Source: Cycas panzhihuaensis (taxonomy: Eukaryota; Plantae; Cycadophyta). Taken from it: a DNA stretch of 64,000 bases. The notes under the pieces are model-generated. The model searched no databases and was not told the origin of the DNA. It worked only from the letters and a program-made list of their open reading frames with translations. Position 1 is the first letter of the stretch. The number at the start of each line of letters is the position of its first letter. The DNA is taken from contig CM041465.1 of the NCBI GenBank assembly GCA_023213395.1, positions 211,055,741 to 211,119,740 of the forward strand, read 5' to 3'. Position numbers and translations under genes: made by a program. Below, piece by piece: positions 44,490 through 57,043 of the stretch.

Positions 44490-45300
44490 TTATTCAAAAG
44501 TATCATGTTGGACAACCATAAAGTCTACTAGAAAATTTTAGTTATATACTTGGACAAAAATATCCATCAAAATGCCTTTTGGGTGTACCGTTGATCTATT
44601 TCCACATAAAGCACTATGGGTTGGTCGTATACCTTTGAGATTAAGGTATTACATGGTTTGTAATGTTATCAAATTTATTCCTACTCCTAAATCTACTAAT
44701 GCTTGTTTCAATTTAGTCCCCTTAATTATAATGTTGACCTTTGAGCTACCTAGATTACCATATTTCATATGAAACCTTTTACCTTGAATTGGGTTAGCTA
44801 TCATCCTCACAAAAGTAATTAACTTTGGTTCCCACTTATTTTTATTCTTCAAGCCTAAGCATAGGTCCTTAGCATGCTTCACATAGATTGGGGTATCTTA
44901 GATAGCCTACAACAATGGTATATAAATGTATACATTCTCAAGTTCTTACTTGAAGTCATAGGAACCTTGGGGTTCATGTTGGATTTCTTGCTTCAACTTG
45001 GTAGGATATGGTACTTACTTGTTTGTTTGCTTCTTTGCATCATACTAATCTATAGTATGGTTTAGTGTTGAATCTTTTTATTCTTCCTCAATATGTTGTT
45101 GTAATGGCTACTCTGTTCACAACTTCTCCAATCCTATTTCTCTAGTTTGGAAACTTTACATAGTTGTGTGCAAAATTGGGTCTAAATCCTATCACAATGA
45201 ATAATTCTATATTATTTGTTATGGGTGTCCTTCTATAGAACAGTAAATATAGGCAACATTTTATATTTTATGTTTTATTCCTCCTTCATTTTGAATAGCT
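44490..45300 (-). mobile_element. Athila-like Gypsy gag-protease remnant
   Basis: ORF 44649-44882 contains ALVDLGVGINLI (protease active-site region), preceded by IPLL.AI..PIYVKHAKDL, typical of the Athila gag-PR linker. Confidence 0.7.
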
Positions 45301-45916
45301 TAGGTGGATAGAGTTAATACTAAGGGTATATTATAGGGTGGAGTATTATAATTTACAAGAGTTTCTTTACAAAAATTCTAACCTATATTATTATTAATTA
45401 TTGTCCCATGAATCTATTTTGTAAATTTAATTAGGCACTAAATGGTTATTAAAAATTATAATGAAACTATTATTACGAGTTTTAAAATTCTTATTGTTAA
45501 CCTAGAAATAAATTTTATGTATTATAACATGGGTTTTGAGGGTATAAACAAGGGGCATTTTATAGATATGTAGCAAATTTTCTAAAACCATATAAACATA
45601 CTAGTTCTAAAATAAGAAAAGATGTGTTTTCATATAAAAAATGAGACCACAGAAGATTATTGATATACCCCTGATGCAATAGTCTTTGTGGAACAAATGG
45701 GAACGTTCTTAGATAAAATTATTGTAATCTTCTTTAACATTGAAATCCTAACTATTACCATTTCATGAGCCTTCTCTAGTCCTAGACAAATGTTGCATGC
45801 GTTACTTCTTCTTCCATCTCTACAACCTCTTCTTCTTATTGTATCTTATGACTCAATATTGTTACTAAAGGAGGTTTGTATGGCTCATTTTTTTACTTTA
45901 TCTCTAAGCAAGTGAG

Positions 45917-47100
45917 TGTTGGGTTGAGCATATTAACTCTAATACCAAATGTTGGAAAATAAATCATGGCTTTGATACTATGTTAGCAAGTGAATCTACT
46001 ATACATAATAGATGAAAATTGTGAGTGAATGATAAAGAAATGAAGCTCAAGAAAGATAAAGCATGTACATATTAATATAATAAAATGGAAGAATTCTTAA
46101 ACTTAAATTAGAAATAAGGATGATGTACCATATGTGTGTGAGAACCCTCATTGGCCAACTTGTTGTGGATTAGCACATATTTTTGTGCAACATATAACTC
46201 AAGAAGATCTTAAATATAAAATACAAATAAATCTAGAAAAAGAGTGAATGGGGATAGATATGTAATTGGGTATTACACCCAACATTCTCCCTTGTAATAA
46301 ATAATTATATAAAGTGAAATACTACATCAAAAGTATAATATCTGTGTCTTCAAATGAATGCTAGAACATAAGCTACTATAATGATATAATATGTTATTAA
46401 TATTTATACTAAGTGAACTACATCCACTAGACTACATATGTAACCAACTCTTGTGACTACTAATTAGTTAGGTTGTTCCTTCGTATACATGGCACAATTA
46501 GATTTAAGTCAACTTCACCTAAGGAACACACCATCATACATGAACAATAGGTAAGCTGATGAATAAATATATAAGAGTAGCTGAAAAGGAGTCCCACCTC
46601 TTGCCTATATAGGACAATATAAGTAGCTTCTTTAGCTACAATGGCAAAAAACAAATGGCTCTAAGGCCTTACAATGGTACTATAACCTTAAATTTACCAT
46701 TATGGGCTTTAAATCATATCTTCATGGCCTATAATCATGCCACTATAGGATTACGACATGTTACTATGGGCTTATAATAGCCTTTATGGACTAAAGAAGT
46801 CCAACAATAAATGTCATAAACATGACTAAAAAGTATATGTAATTAAAATACAATATAGATGACTCTCTCAAATAATAAATTTTAATGATTTTTTAATAAA
46901 TATTGATTCTCTAGAGTCTAAAATAAGCCTACATGACAAATTGTACATGTTACCGCCCTCCCATTTATGGTATATTATGTCAATATAATATACAACAAAT
47001 GATATAGAACCTTGAAAAATACATACATGTGCCTAAAGATGCTAAAAAAGAAGAAGAAAAATAAAGTGAAAAAAGGACTTTAAGTAAAAATATCCACATT
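45917..47100 (-). mobile_element. 3' end of an LTR element (family copy 2): LTR ~45917-46284, PPT 46285-46293
   Basis: Shares gagaacc.cattgg, gtaattgggtattacacccaaca|ttctccc, the 21-bp repeats and gcctaaaga.gct.aaaaa with 36620-37860. Confidence 0.7.
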
Positions 47101-48074
47101 AAATCAGTTCCAAATGTTATTAAGTGACCACCTAAAATGAAGCTCTTTTAGTCATGAACCTAACACAACTGACGAGACTAGAAATAGAGTCTCTTAGCTC
47201 AAGTTATCACTAAAATAATGATGAGGACTCTAGAATAATGAAGAAATGTGGGGCTTAGCCTTTTTCGCTAACTAACGGGTGGTTGTAAGTGTGCTCCATA
47301 TGACCAAGGGCTAATGAGAGGGGGATGGGTAGATTCTGAATAAATATAAAGTAAAATGATATGTTTTTACATTTGCAAAAGGATTAAATTAAAATCAATA
47401 AGAATTTTACATCTGCCAAAGTTGAAAAAAATTATACGTCCACTAAAGATCAATCAATTCTACCAAAATAAACAGTAAAATAAAAAATATTTAGGGTTTT
47501 TGAAATGATTTTTTTGCCATTTTATTTGCAGGTCCATGATAAATACCCATGACAACGAGTAGGTAATGGTGTTTGTTTAGGAAGAATTAATCTCGATTGT
47601 CATGAAGAGCCTTGAGGAAAAAGAATTAGTCCTCCAATGTTGGGACAAGTTTAATGTTGCAGAAATCCACTATTCATATAAGCTATGTTATGGTTAACGG
47701 CAATTACCCTTCTATATCTGACTCAACTTCTAATATTAGTTGTAGCATAAACGATGTTGACATTAAGTATCTTCTAGGTGCCACAGATGATAAGCTTAAA
47801 ATTCTTCTAAGTTCATAGTCGAAGCTTGTCCCTTCTCTAAGGAAAACAACACTGCTATGCTTTCAAAGACTATAGTTAGTGATCTATTTAAGAGTTTTGG
47901 CTAGAAATTAAAGCTGAGGAGCTTTTATAACTCTACAAAGTTGATTGTTAGTATCTTATGGAGGAACAAGACATTGGCCTATTTAGTGATGACATCTGTC
48001 AAGACTAGTTGGCGAGGACTTTAAATAGGGAGAAATACTTCCTCCCCGTATGCAAGCATCATAAGTTATTAACT

Positions 48075-48212
48075 TTTGACATCAAGAAAGAGGTAGCATG
48101 GGTAATTTCTAATGCAACTTTTGGTGGCACCAATGAATATATCAAGTATCTAGTAAACCAAGGATGCATTAAGTCATTATATAATCTATTAGTTTGCTCA
48201 CACCCTCGAGTA
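48075..48212 (+). pseudogene. IMPA: Importin-alpha ARM-repeat fragment
   Basis: FDIKKEVAWVISNATFGGTNEYIKYLVNQGCIKSLYNLLVCSHPRV matches the conserved plant importin-alpha segment FDIKKEAAWAISNATSGG..EQIKYLV.QGCIKPLCDLLVCPDPRI. No other parts of the gene are visible. Confidence 0.85.
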
Positions 48213-48779
48213 TTCTTCCCATTCTCCATTATGTCATAAAGGATGGACTATTATAGATGGGTGTGTGTATATTATTATATTATATATTATTATTATTATT
48301 ATTATTTTAGATGTAGATAGATTTGTTTGTATATTTCATAGGCAAAAGGAGGGCATCCAAGGCTTCTCATGTATATATAATAGATTTTTAAAAAAATAAG
48401 GCATCTCACAAAATATACTAATAAAAGAGGATTTCATCGACCTTTTTATGTGGTCCTAATCCTAGAAGCAAATGCCAACAATGGGACACCTATAAAGGCC
48501 TCTAGATTGAGGCTAAAAAAAGCATGCTATATTCATCATTTTCCTTCAGGTTTTTTATAGCACAGTGGCAACCACTGCATGGCGATTAGGCTTATAATTG
48601 GTGGAAAAATCCACTCCATTTTTCTTCAAATGGTAGCTTCAAGTTGATATTTTTGTGACCTTCAATAACACACTTGTATGTAAAATTTTTATGGGCCTAC
48701 ATGCAATAAAAAGACTAGTTACAAAAGCCACATAAATTTTCCTTTTTTTTGTTCATTCTCCATTGTAGCTTCAAATTAC

Positions 48780-48930
48780 TCCAAAACAAGCTTTAAAACA
48801 ACCTTGAAAAGCAACTCCAAATAGGCTTCAAACAACCTTTAAAAATAGTTTTAAAAGGAAACTTTTAACAACTTTTAATAGGCTTCAAAATAGCCTCATA
48901 ACAACATCAAAATAACCTCTTAAAATGACT
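48780..48930. repeat. Degenerate ~11-12 bp tandem repeat (AAAAYARCYTY)
   Basis: aaaacaagcttt aaaacaaccttg aaaagcaactcc aaataggcttc aaacaaccttt ... Confidence 0.55.
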
Positions 48931-49496
48931 AAAAAATAGTGATAAAATATCCCCAAATATATCTCAAGTGATGGTAGAAAATAATCATAGAAATAAACAT
49001 AAAAATGAAGAGAAAAATATAATTGTGAAAGCAATGTCAATAGAACTATTAACCATAAAAGGAACAAATAACATAAATAAATCAAACGCATAGCGAAGAA
49101 CACTAGGAGATTGAGGTCTAAGCATAGACATTTTATTAATTTGAGCAAAAGCTAAAGAATTATAGGGATGAAACCCTAACTCGCCTTATCAACTCATCTA
49201 CTCTGTATACTCTATAAAGAATTACCCAATTCGGGTTATATAAAGAATGTCATAAGAAGGTAAAAGATCTGAACTGTTAGATCTAGGGTCTTTATGATGA
49301 ACAACCCTAACTCTCTTTTCTATTTAATCCCTAAAATTTACTTTGAGGACTATCGCCCTTGAACCTTACTTTATTGGAGGGGGGAGGAGGGAGACATCTC
49401 CTCCCCCTGCCAAAGAGGGTTGTTGCCCCCCTTGAATACCTTCACAAGGAGATTAGAGGGGAAAACTAAGCTAAAGCAGGACCAAAATTTTAACCT

Positions 49497-49499
<3 letters not shown>

Positions 49500-49545
<46 letters not shown>
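49500..49545. repeat. (TA)23 microsatellite within the Copia 3' LTR
   Basis: Direct reading. Confidence 0.95.
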
Positions 49546-49546
<1 letters not shown>

Positions 49547-49575
49547 CACTTGTAAACTATTTAACATATTCAAGA

Positions 49576-52500
49576 ATCTCCCACTTGTTGAATACTTTAT
49601 AAGAAACCTATGTACATAACTACTTAATGGCAATATCATAAACACCTATTTCCGTTCTACACCATTTAAATTTTTTTGTGCTAACAACCTTGGTCAATGA
49701 GTCTACAACATTTTTTTGTGTAGCAATCTTTTGCAAGTCCACCTTGTGATCTTAAACCATTTCTCTCACAAAATGGAATTACGCATCAATATGCTTCTAC
49801 TAAGCATGAAAAGTGGGATTCTTCACTAAGTAGATTGCACTTTGACTAACACAATTTATCTTCACAACATCCTGCTTACAGCCAGCATATGTGTATAATC
49901 TCTGTAACCAAATTGTTTTCTTGCATGCATGGGTAGCTGTAATATACTCTGCTTCTATGCTAGAAAATACCACAACTTGTTGTCTGTTTTTCATCCAACT
50001 AACTGCGCCACCACAAAGGGTAAAAACATACCTTCTTGTAGATCTTATATTATTAAGATCTCCAACGCAATTAGCATCAACAAGACCTATTAAATTCATT
50101 GTTCTACTCTCCATGGGATCTCCTTGATAGCAAATTTTATAGTCTGATGTACCCTACATATACCTGAAAATCCTTTTCATAGCCACCTAGTGCTCCCTAC
50201 CTAGGTTTGACATGTACCTGTTAACTACTCTCATTGCACGGACAATGTTTAGTCGAGTGTAACCATTGCATATATTAGGCTACCAATAACACTAGCATAA
50301 GGGACAAATGCCATGTCTTTAACTTCTTGGTGAGTCTTTGGCATTATTCAATTGATAATTTTTAACCAACAAGAAGAGGAATATTAATTGGTTTACTATT
50401 TTGCAACCTAAACTGTTGTAATATTGTCTCAATATGCTAACTTTAGCTATGCCAAATCTTCTTATTTCTTCTATCCCTTTTAATCTAAATGCCTAAAATA
50501 AAATATATAGTACCAAGGTCCTTCATCTCAAAATGAGATGTTGGTTGGCCTTTGGCAAGTTAGTTTATTTCTTTATTGTTACCAACCAAAAGTATATCAT
50601 CAACATATAAAGCTAGAATAATAAAGTATTACCAACTTGTTTATAATAGACACAATGATCTACTTTATTGTACACAAAGCTATCTGCCAACATATGTGAA
50701 TCAAACTTCTGATACCACATCCTTGGTGATTATTTCAAACCATATAATGATTTCTTCAACCTCCACACCATATTCTCCTTCCTTGTAACTTAAAAAATTT
50801 TAGGCTATAACATATAAATTTCTTCCTTAAGGTCACCATGAAGAAATATAGTCTTCATATCCATTTGATCCACCTTAAGGTCATAAGCAATTACTATAAC
50901 TAATAAAAATTTAATTGAAACTATTTTTGTAAGAGGAGAAAATATCTCACTAAAATCTATTCCCTTGACCTGGGAACAGCTCTTTACTACCAAAAAAGCC
51001 TTACACTTTTCCATTGTACCGTCTGCTTGGAACTTCTTCTTGAAGATCCATTTATTATTAAGAGATTTTCTTCCATTAGGTAGATCCACCTAATCTCATA
51101 TGTTATTTTTATCTAAGGCCATCATTTCTTCTTCCATAGCCTTCATCTAGAGTTGGCTCTCTTTTGACTCCAGAGCCTATTAAATAGTACATAGATCATC
51201 ATCTGTAGTAGATAAAATAAAAGATGAGCGACGAAAGTCTTCAGATCTTCTCTCACAAGTTGATCTCCTCAACATGTAGGGTTCTTGAGGTTGATCTAAA
51301 TCTACAGTTGGTCCTTCCTCTTCAATTAGTTCATATTCTGATGAAGAGTTTTCATCTTTTATCTTAAATCGTACCTTCTTAGAGTTTTCTTCCTTTGGTT
51401 CATTATCCTGCTTTAGAGACTTGAATTCGTCTCTAAAGATAACATCATGACTATACACAACTTTCTATGTTTCAAGGTTATAAAGCTTGTACCCTTTAAC
51501 ACCATTACCATAGCCAATGAAAATAGTCTTTTGTACTTTGAAATCAAGCTTAGTCCTTTGTTGTTTATGAACATGTATAAAATATTCAAAACTAAAAACT
51601 CTAAGATGACTAAGAGATGGTTTCTTACCAGGCTACACTTCTTCAAGTGTTTTATATACTAACGCAGTTGTTAGTGATCTATTTATCATGTAGCTTGCAG
51701 TCATCATAGCCTCAACCCAAAATTTCTTCTCTAAACCAATAGCACTAAGCATGCTCCTCGATCACTCTAGTAAGGTCCTATTTATCCTTTCAACAACTCC
51801 ATTCTGTTGTAGCGTATAGGAAATTATTTTTTACCTTGTTATTCCATACTTTTTATAGAACTACTCAAACTCCTTTGAGCAAAACCCACCTCCATTATTA
51901 GTCCTCAATACCTTGATCTTCTTGTCACTCTAATTCTCGACCAAGGCCTTGAATTCTTTGAATTTATTAAAGACCTCAGATTTCTCCCTGAGAAAATACA
52001 ACCATGTCTTTCTTAAAAAATCATCTATGAATGAGAAAGAATTTAAACCCACCCAATGAGGGTACATCAATAGGTCCAAAAACATGATTGTGCACCAATT
52101 GTAGAATACTTTTTGCTTTCTTCGAGCTTGAAAGAAAACTAATTCGATTTTATTTTCCATACACACAATGCTTATATAAATCAAAATCAAAGCAGCCATT
52201 AATTCCAGAGATGTCTTCTGCCATACGTTTGGAGAAGAAGTCATACAGGCCTTTCTCTCCAATATGGCCTAATTTCTAATGCCACAACATAGTTTTATGA
52301 GCAAGTGATATTTAGGTCCTACCTACATCATTGTTACTTTATGTAATAGTTGGACTCTATTTGTCAGCATACAATGTGCTCACATCAAGCTTGTATAACA
52401 TTCCAAATTAGACCCCTCTTGCTAACACTAATGCTCCTCATACCATTCTGCAACTATCTTTATTAAAAATCACTTATATTCTTATATCATCCAATTGACT

Positions 52501-52895
52501 AACAGATAATGGACTTATAGCCAAACTAGAAATATGACTCACATTAAGGATAGTTTTAACCCTTCTATCCCCGAATCAAACCTTCACCTTTCCACAACCC
52601 GTAAATTTATATAGGTAATGAGCCCCAAGAAATACTTCACCTTCATCAATACTTGTGTATTCACAAAACCATTTCCTATGGGGAGTAACATGAAGTGAAA
52701 CACTAGAGTCAATTAACTAAGATTCAACATTTGACAACTTACCTGAGATTGTCAGATAAACATCACCATCAACATCATCAAAGGCTTTTGCTAGCATGGA
52801 AGAAGTAACTTCAAGTGACTTTCCTTTATCAACCTTGACTCAACATTGTCTCTTTATATAGCCAACCTTCACACATCTCTAATATACCAACAAAC
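49576..52895 (-). mobile_element. Ty1/Copia pol (zinc knuckle-PR-INT-RT-RH), 5'-truncated at the RLK junction
   Basis: RNase H (ORF 49800-50114: GLVDANCVGD..RSTRRYVF..SSIEAEY), RT (ORF 50805-51089: NKWIFKKK..QMDMKTIFLHGDLKEEIY), integrase (FIDDFLRKTWLYFLREKSEVF), protease LIDSSVSLHVTP (~52680-52720), PPT caagtgggagat at 49576-49587. The 3' LTR extends left of 49575. Confidence 0.9.
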
Positions 52896-55800
52896 CTCTA
52901 CATGGAATCCCAATCGCACTGCATTTTGCAATTGGACCGGAGTTACTTGTAGCCCAAGGAGGGACAGGGTGGTGCTTCTCAACCTCAGATATGGCTCTCC
53001 AAGGTTATCTCTCTCCTTTCCTCGCCAATTTGTCATTTCTTCGTCAATTACGGCTTCGCAATAATAGTTTTTATGGAGATATTCCCCCAGAATTTGGGCA
53101 CCTTCGTCCGTTGAGAAAGTTTTTCCTTTCGTATAACCCTCTGAGCGGACGCATTCCCTCTGAACTCGGCCTCCTCACAAATCTAGAGGTTCTTGCGTTG
53201 AGATCAAATAGCCAGACAGGTACCATTCCCTCTTCCTTTGCCAACATCTCGTCCTTGACTCATTTGGAGTTGGGTACAAACAATTTGTCCGGCGTCATCT
53301 CCCCTGCATTCGGAACACTCGCCCACTTGAAAGTGTTCCACATAGTGCAAAGCCGAGTGTCAGGGAGCATTCCCTCTTCGTTGGCAAATATCTCCGCTTT
53401 GATTGACTTGGATCTTCGTTCAAATCACCTCAGCGGTGTCATTCCTCCCCAATTCGGGCGTCTTACAAATCTCAACTCGCTTACCTTGTACCAAAACTAC
53501 TTGGGAGGATCAATTCATTCTTCCCTATCAACCTGCACCTCTCTCCAAATTCTGTCTTTATCAGAAAACAATTTAGTTGGACGCATTCCATCGGAGTTGG
53601 GTCACAAGCTCCCCAACCTTCAACAAGTTTATCTGTCGACAAATCGGCTGAGTGGCAACATTCCAATCTCTTTTGGCAATTGTCCCCAACTCACAATACT
53701 TGAACTATCCCAAAATCAGCTGAGTGGGATGGTGCCAGCAGAGCTGGGTAAGTTGGCTCTCCTTCAACGCCTTGACTTAAGGGGAAATCAATTTGTTAGT
53801 GGAAGCGGTACCGAATGGCCCTTTTTTACACATCTCACCAATTGCTCCCTCTTACAACTGTTAAATTTGGACCAGAATCGACTGACTGGCGTTTTGCCTT
53901 CTGCTATAGGCCAGTTTTCTACCAAACTCTCCTACCTAAGCTTAGAACACAACTTTATAGGAGGATGAATGCCTCAGCAGATTGGCAATCTAACCAACCA
54001 GACATTCGTGGCTTTGGATGGCAATCTCTTCAGCGGCAGCATTCCATCGGAATTCAAAAGACTCCAAAATCTTGAAAGATTGGCTTTGAGCGACAACAGA
54101 TTAGGACTCTGATTGTCGCTCAAATCCAATCTTGAAAGATTGGATTTGAGCGACAACAGATTGGATTTGAGCGTCCCGAGCGAGATGGGTGAACTACAAA
54201 GCTTAGGACTCTTGTCACTTGAGGAAAACGTGCTCTCTGGACCAATTCCCCCTTCTCTTGGCCATCTCCAGCAGCTCAGAAGGCTTAATCTTTCGAAAAA
54301 CCAATTATCAGGAAACATACCTGCAGCTCTTGGCAACTGTTGGCGTCTGGAATTGCTCGACCTGTCCTACAACAGACTTCATGGAAACATACCGCCAGAG
54401 GTTGCGGGTCTACAAAATCTACTATTCTATTTCAACCTCTCAAGCAATTCCCTCCAAGGCTCCCTCCCCCGCGAGATTGGTAAAATGGTAATGACTCAAA
54501 CCATAGACATATGATTGGCTATCTGGATTCATTCCAACCACACTTGGAAGCTGCGCAGCGTTGAAGAGTACATGAATCTATCTCATAATGCCTTGCAAAG
54601 TCCAACTCCACTTTCACTCGGAAATATAAAAGGTCTCCGAGACATGGATCTCTCTTCCAACAAGTTGTGGGGTACAATACCAACGTCTCTGGAGAAACTC
54701 AATATGCTTACGCACTTGAATTTCTCGTACAACAACCTCACTGGAGAAGTTCCAAAAGGAGGGAATTTTGCAAATTTTAGTAATGCATCATTTATGGGAA
54801 ATCCCAGACTCTGTGCACCATGGATACACCTGCCTGCCTGTCCCAATTCCACCCCTTTGAAACAAACAGGGCATTCATCTCTCAAAAGAGTAATACTACC
54901 AATTGCAAGCGTTGGTGTTTTCATTCTCTGCTGTTTACTCACAGGATTCTTTTGGAGCAGGAAGAGTCTACATCTCCCAAAAACCTTTGCATTAAAACGG
55001 GAACTCCCTATTATTTCGTATCAACAAATTACCGAAGCGACTAACGGATTTAGCGTGGGCAACCTGCTTGGAGTCGGTAGTTTTGGATCAGTCTATAAAG
55101 GGATTTTAGGCGATGGCACAACGATTGCAGTCAAGGTTTTTAATTTGCAGGATGAAGAGTGCAACGGAAGTTTCAAAAAGGAATGCGAAGTATTGAGGAG
55201 AGTTCGTCACCGGAACCTTGTTAGAATTGTGACCTCGTGTTCCACCCTTAATTTCAGAGCATTGGTCCTTCAATTCATGGCAAAGGGAAGCTTGGAAAAG
55301 AATCTGTATCCTGATGATACGAACGAAGGTGAAGATGGAAATGCTTGTTCATTGAACTTGCTCAACCGATTGAACATTTCCATAGACGTAGCCCACGGCA
55401 TGCAATACCTGCATCATGATTGCCATGTTCGAGTTCTGCATTGCGATCTAAAGCCGAGCAACGTGCTTTTAGATGACGACATGACAGCACACATTACCGA
55501 TTTTGGCCTGACTCGAATTATTTGTCCCACCTCTGAGGATTCCTTCACTTCAACACTGCGAGGATCCATCGGGTACATCGCCCCAGGTTTGGTTTTGTGG
55601 TTCAAATCATCAAAATGTTATTTCTCCTTTTTCGCTTGTGTATTTCATACGTAGAATGAAACTTTAAACATGATGGCTTGAATACAGAGTACGGATTAGG
55701 AGGAGGGCTTCAACGAAGGGGATGTTTACAGCTATGGCATTCTGTTATTGGAGATGCTGACCAGAAGAAGGCCCAGCAGTGACATGTTTGTAGGAGGACT

Positions 55801-56149
55801 GGACCTGCACAAGTGGGTGAGCATGGCATTTCCTGAGAGATTGCTGGATGTTATCGACGGTAGCCTCCTGACAGATGTGAGTGAGGAAGGAATAGACGGG
55901 CATAACGTGCACAAATGTCTTAGGGAACTCGTACTCGTGGGTTTGTTGTGCACAAAACAATCACCTGAAGAAAGACCAAATATGAGAGATGTGGCGGGAC
56001 TGTTGGAGAGTATCAGAGCAACATTTCTTGGAGTAACAAATAGAGGGGCTTTCAATTTACCGGCAGATATATCGTCCTTGTTAGATAGTAGAACTGTAAG
56101 ACAGAACAATGGAGGAGCATCTGATAGCCAAACTTCCTCCACACAGTAG
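52896..56149 (+). pseudogene. LRR receptor-like kinase subfamily XII (FLS2/EFR/XA21-like, non-RD), pseudogene
   Basis: LRRNT (WN..FCNWTGVTC), ~20+ plant LRRs, GNPRLC cap, TM helix, kinase GVGSFGSVYKG/AVKV/HCDLKPSNVLL/DFG, and a GT-AG intron 55587-55687 at the canonical GYIAP^EY position. Lesions: no ATG or signal peptide, frameshift ~52990, stops at 53966 and 54110, frameshifts ~54510 and ~54563, 2 bp lost at ~55705-55720. Confidence 0.93.
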
Positions 56150-56771
56150 TTCATGTGTAGGAAACATCAAATCCATTTTCCCATACTGCTGCTGCGTGAA
56201 ACAGAACTGGCACAATTATCTGCTGTTGTGATAATGTAAGATCCGGCTCTGTTTTATGTGATCTCACCCAGGAAATATCACAAGAAATTATCATCTATAT
56301 TGGTTGATGCATCCACGCAATCCTTTTGGATCGGTATTTGTTACATCTAAGCGCATATAAAAATAAGGGTATGCAGTTATATCTCTTAACAGACACCACA
56401 AAATAGTTATTCATCAGTCGACCGTAGGAGCAGCGAAAGTATACTGCAATCGACTGTGGGAGCAGGGGTCTGCATAGTTTTCAAAGTTTAGAAAATGAAC
56501 ATGCTACAATAAGAAATATTAAATTTACTAACAATAACAACGAACGAGTGGCTAAAATTATAGGCATTGAGTTGAGCAATCTACGTTAGGGCTGTTCGAC
56601 ATTCCAACGAGTCTTGTGTACAACAAGAAGGTGAAGCAGTAGTAGAAATTCTAAGGGTTTCTATGGCCAAGTCTAATGCTTTTGTCAAGTAGAAAATACC
56701 TTAAATATGATCTTACATAAATTATGATTACAAATTTATGCTATGATCATTGTTTCAAAGTGTGCACCTTC

Positions 56772-57043
56772 TAAATCCTTGTTGGGGTGAAATTTGGGAT
56801 ATTGTGCTCACAAATGATTCACTATATGCTTGGTAAGAGTGAACCCCTTGTAAATCCTTGTTGAGGTGAAATTGGGATATTGTGCTCATGAAAGATTCAC
56901 TATATGCTTGGTAAGAGTGAACCACTTGTAAATCTTTGTTGAGGTGAAATTTGGGATATTGTGCTCACGAAAGATTCACTATATGCTTGGTAAGAGTGAA
57001 TCCCTAATCTCTCAATATGCTTGGTAAGAGTGAACTCCTAATC
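56772..57043. repeat. 78-79 bp tandem repeat x3 plus a partial copy
   Basis: Units start at 56772, 56851 and 56929 (taaatccttgttg..gtgaaatt.gggatattgtgctca....gattcactatatgcttggtaagagtgaacc.cttg). Confidence 0.9.

Noticed and set aside
53974-56154. Antisense ORFs over the RLK (53974-54336, 54583-54942, 55732-56154 and others)
   Set aside because: These are shadow frames of the LRR/kinase coding strand. The repeated NLSRLDLSDN text comes from the inverted insertion.
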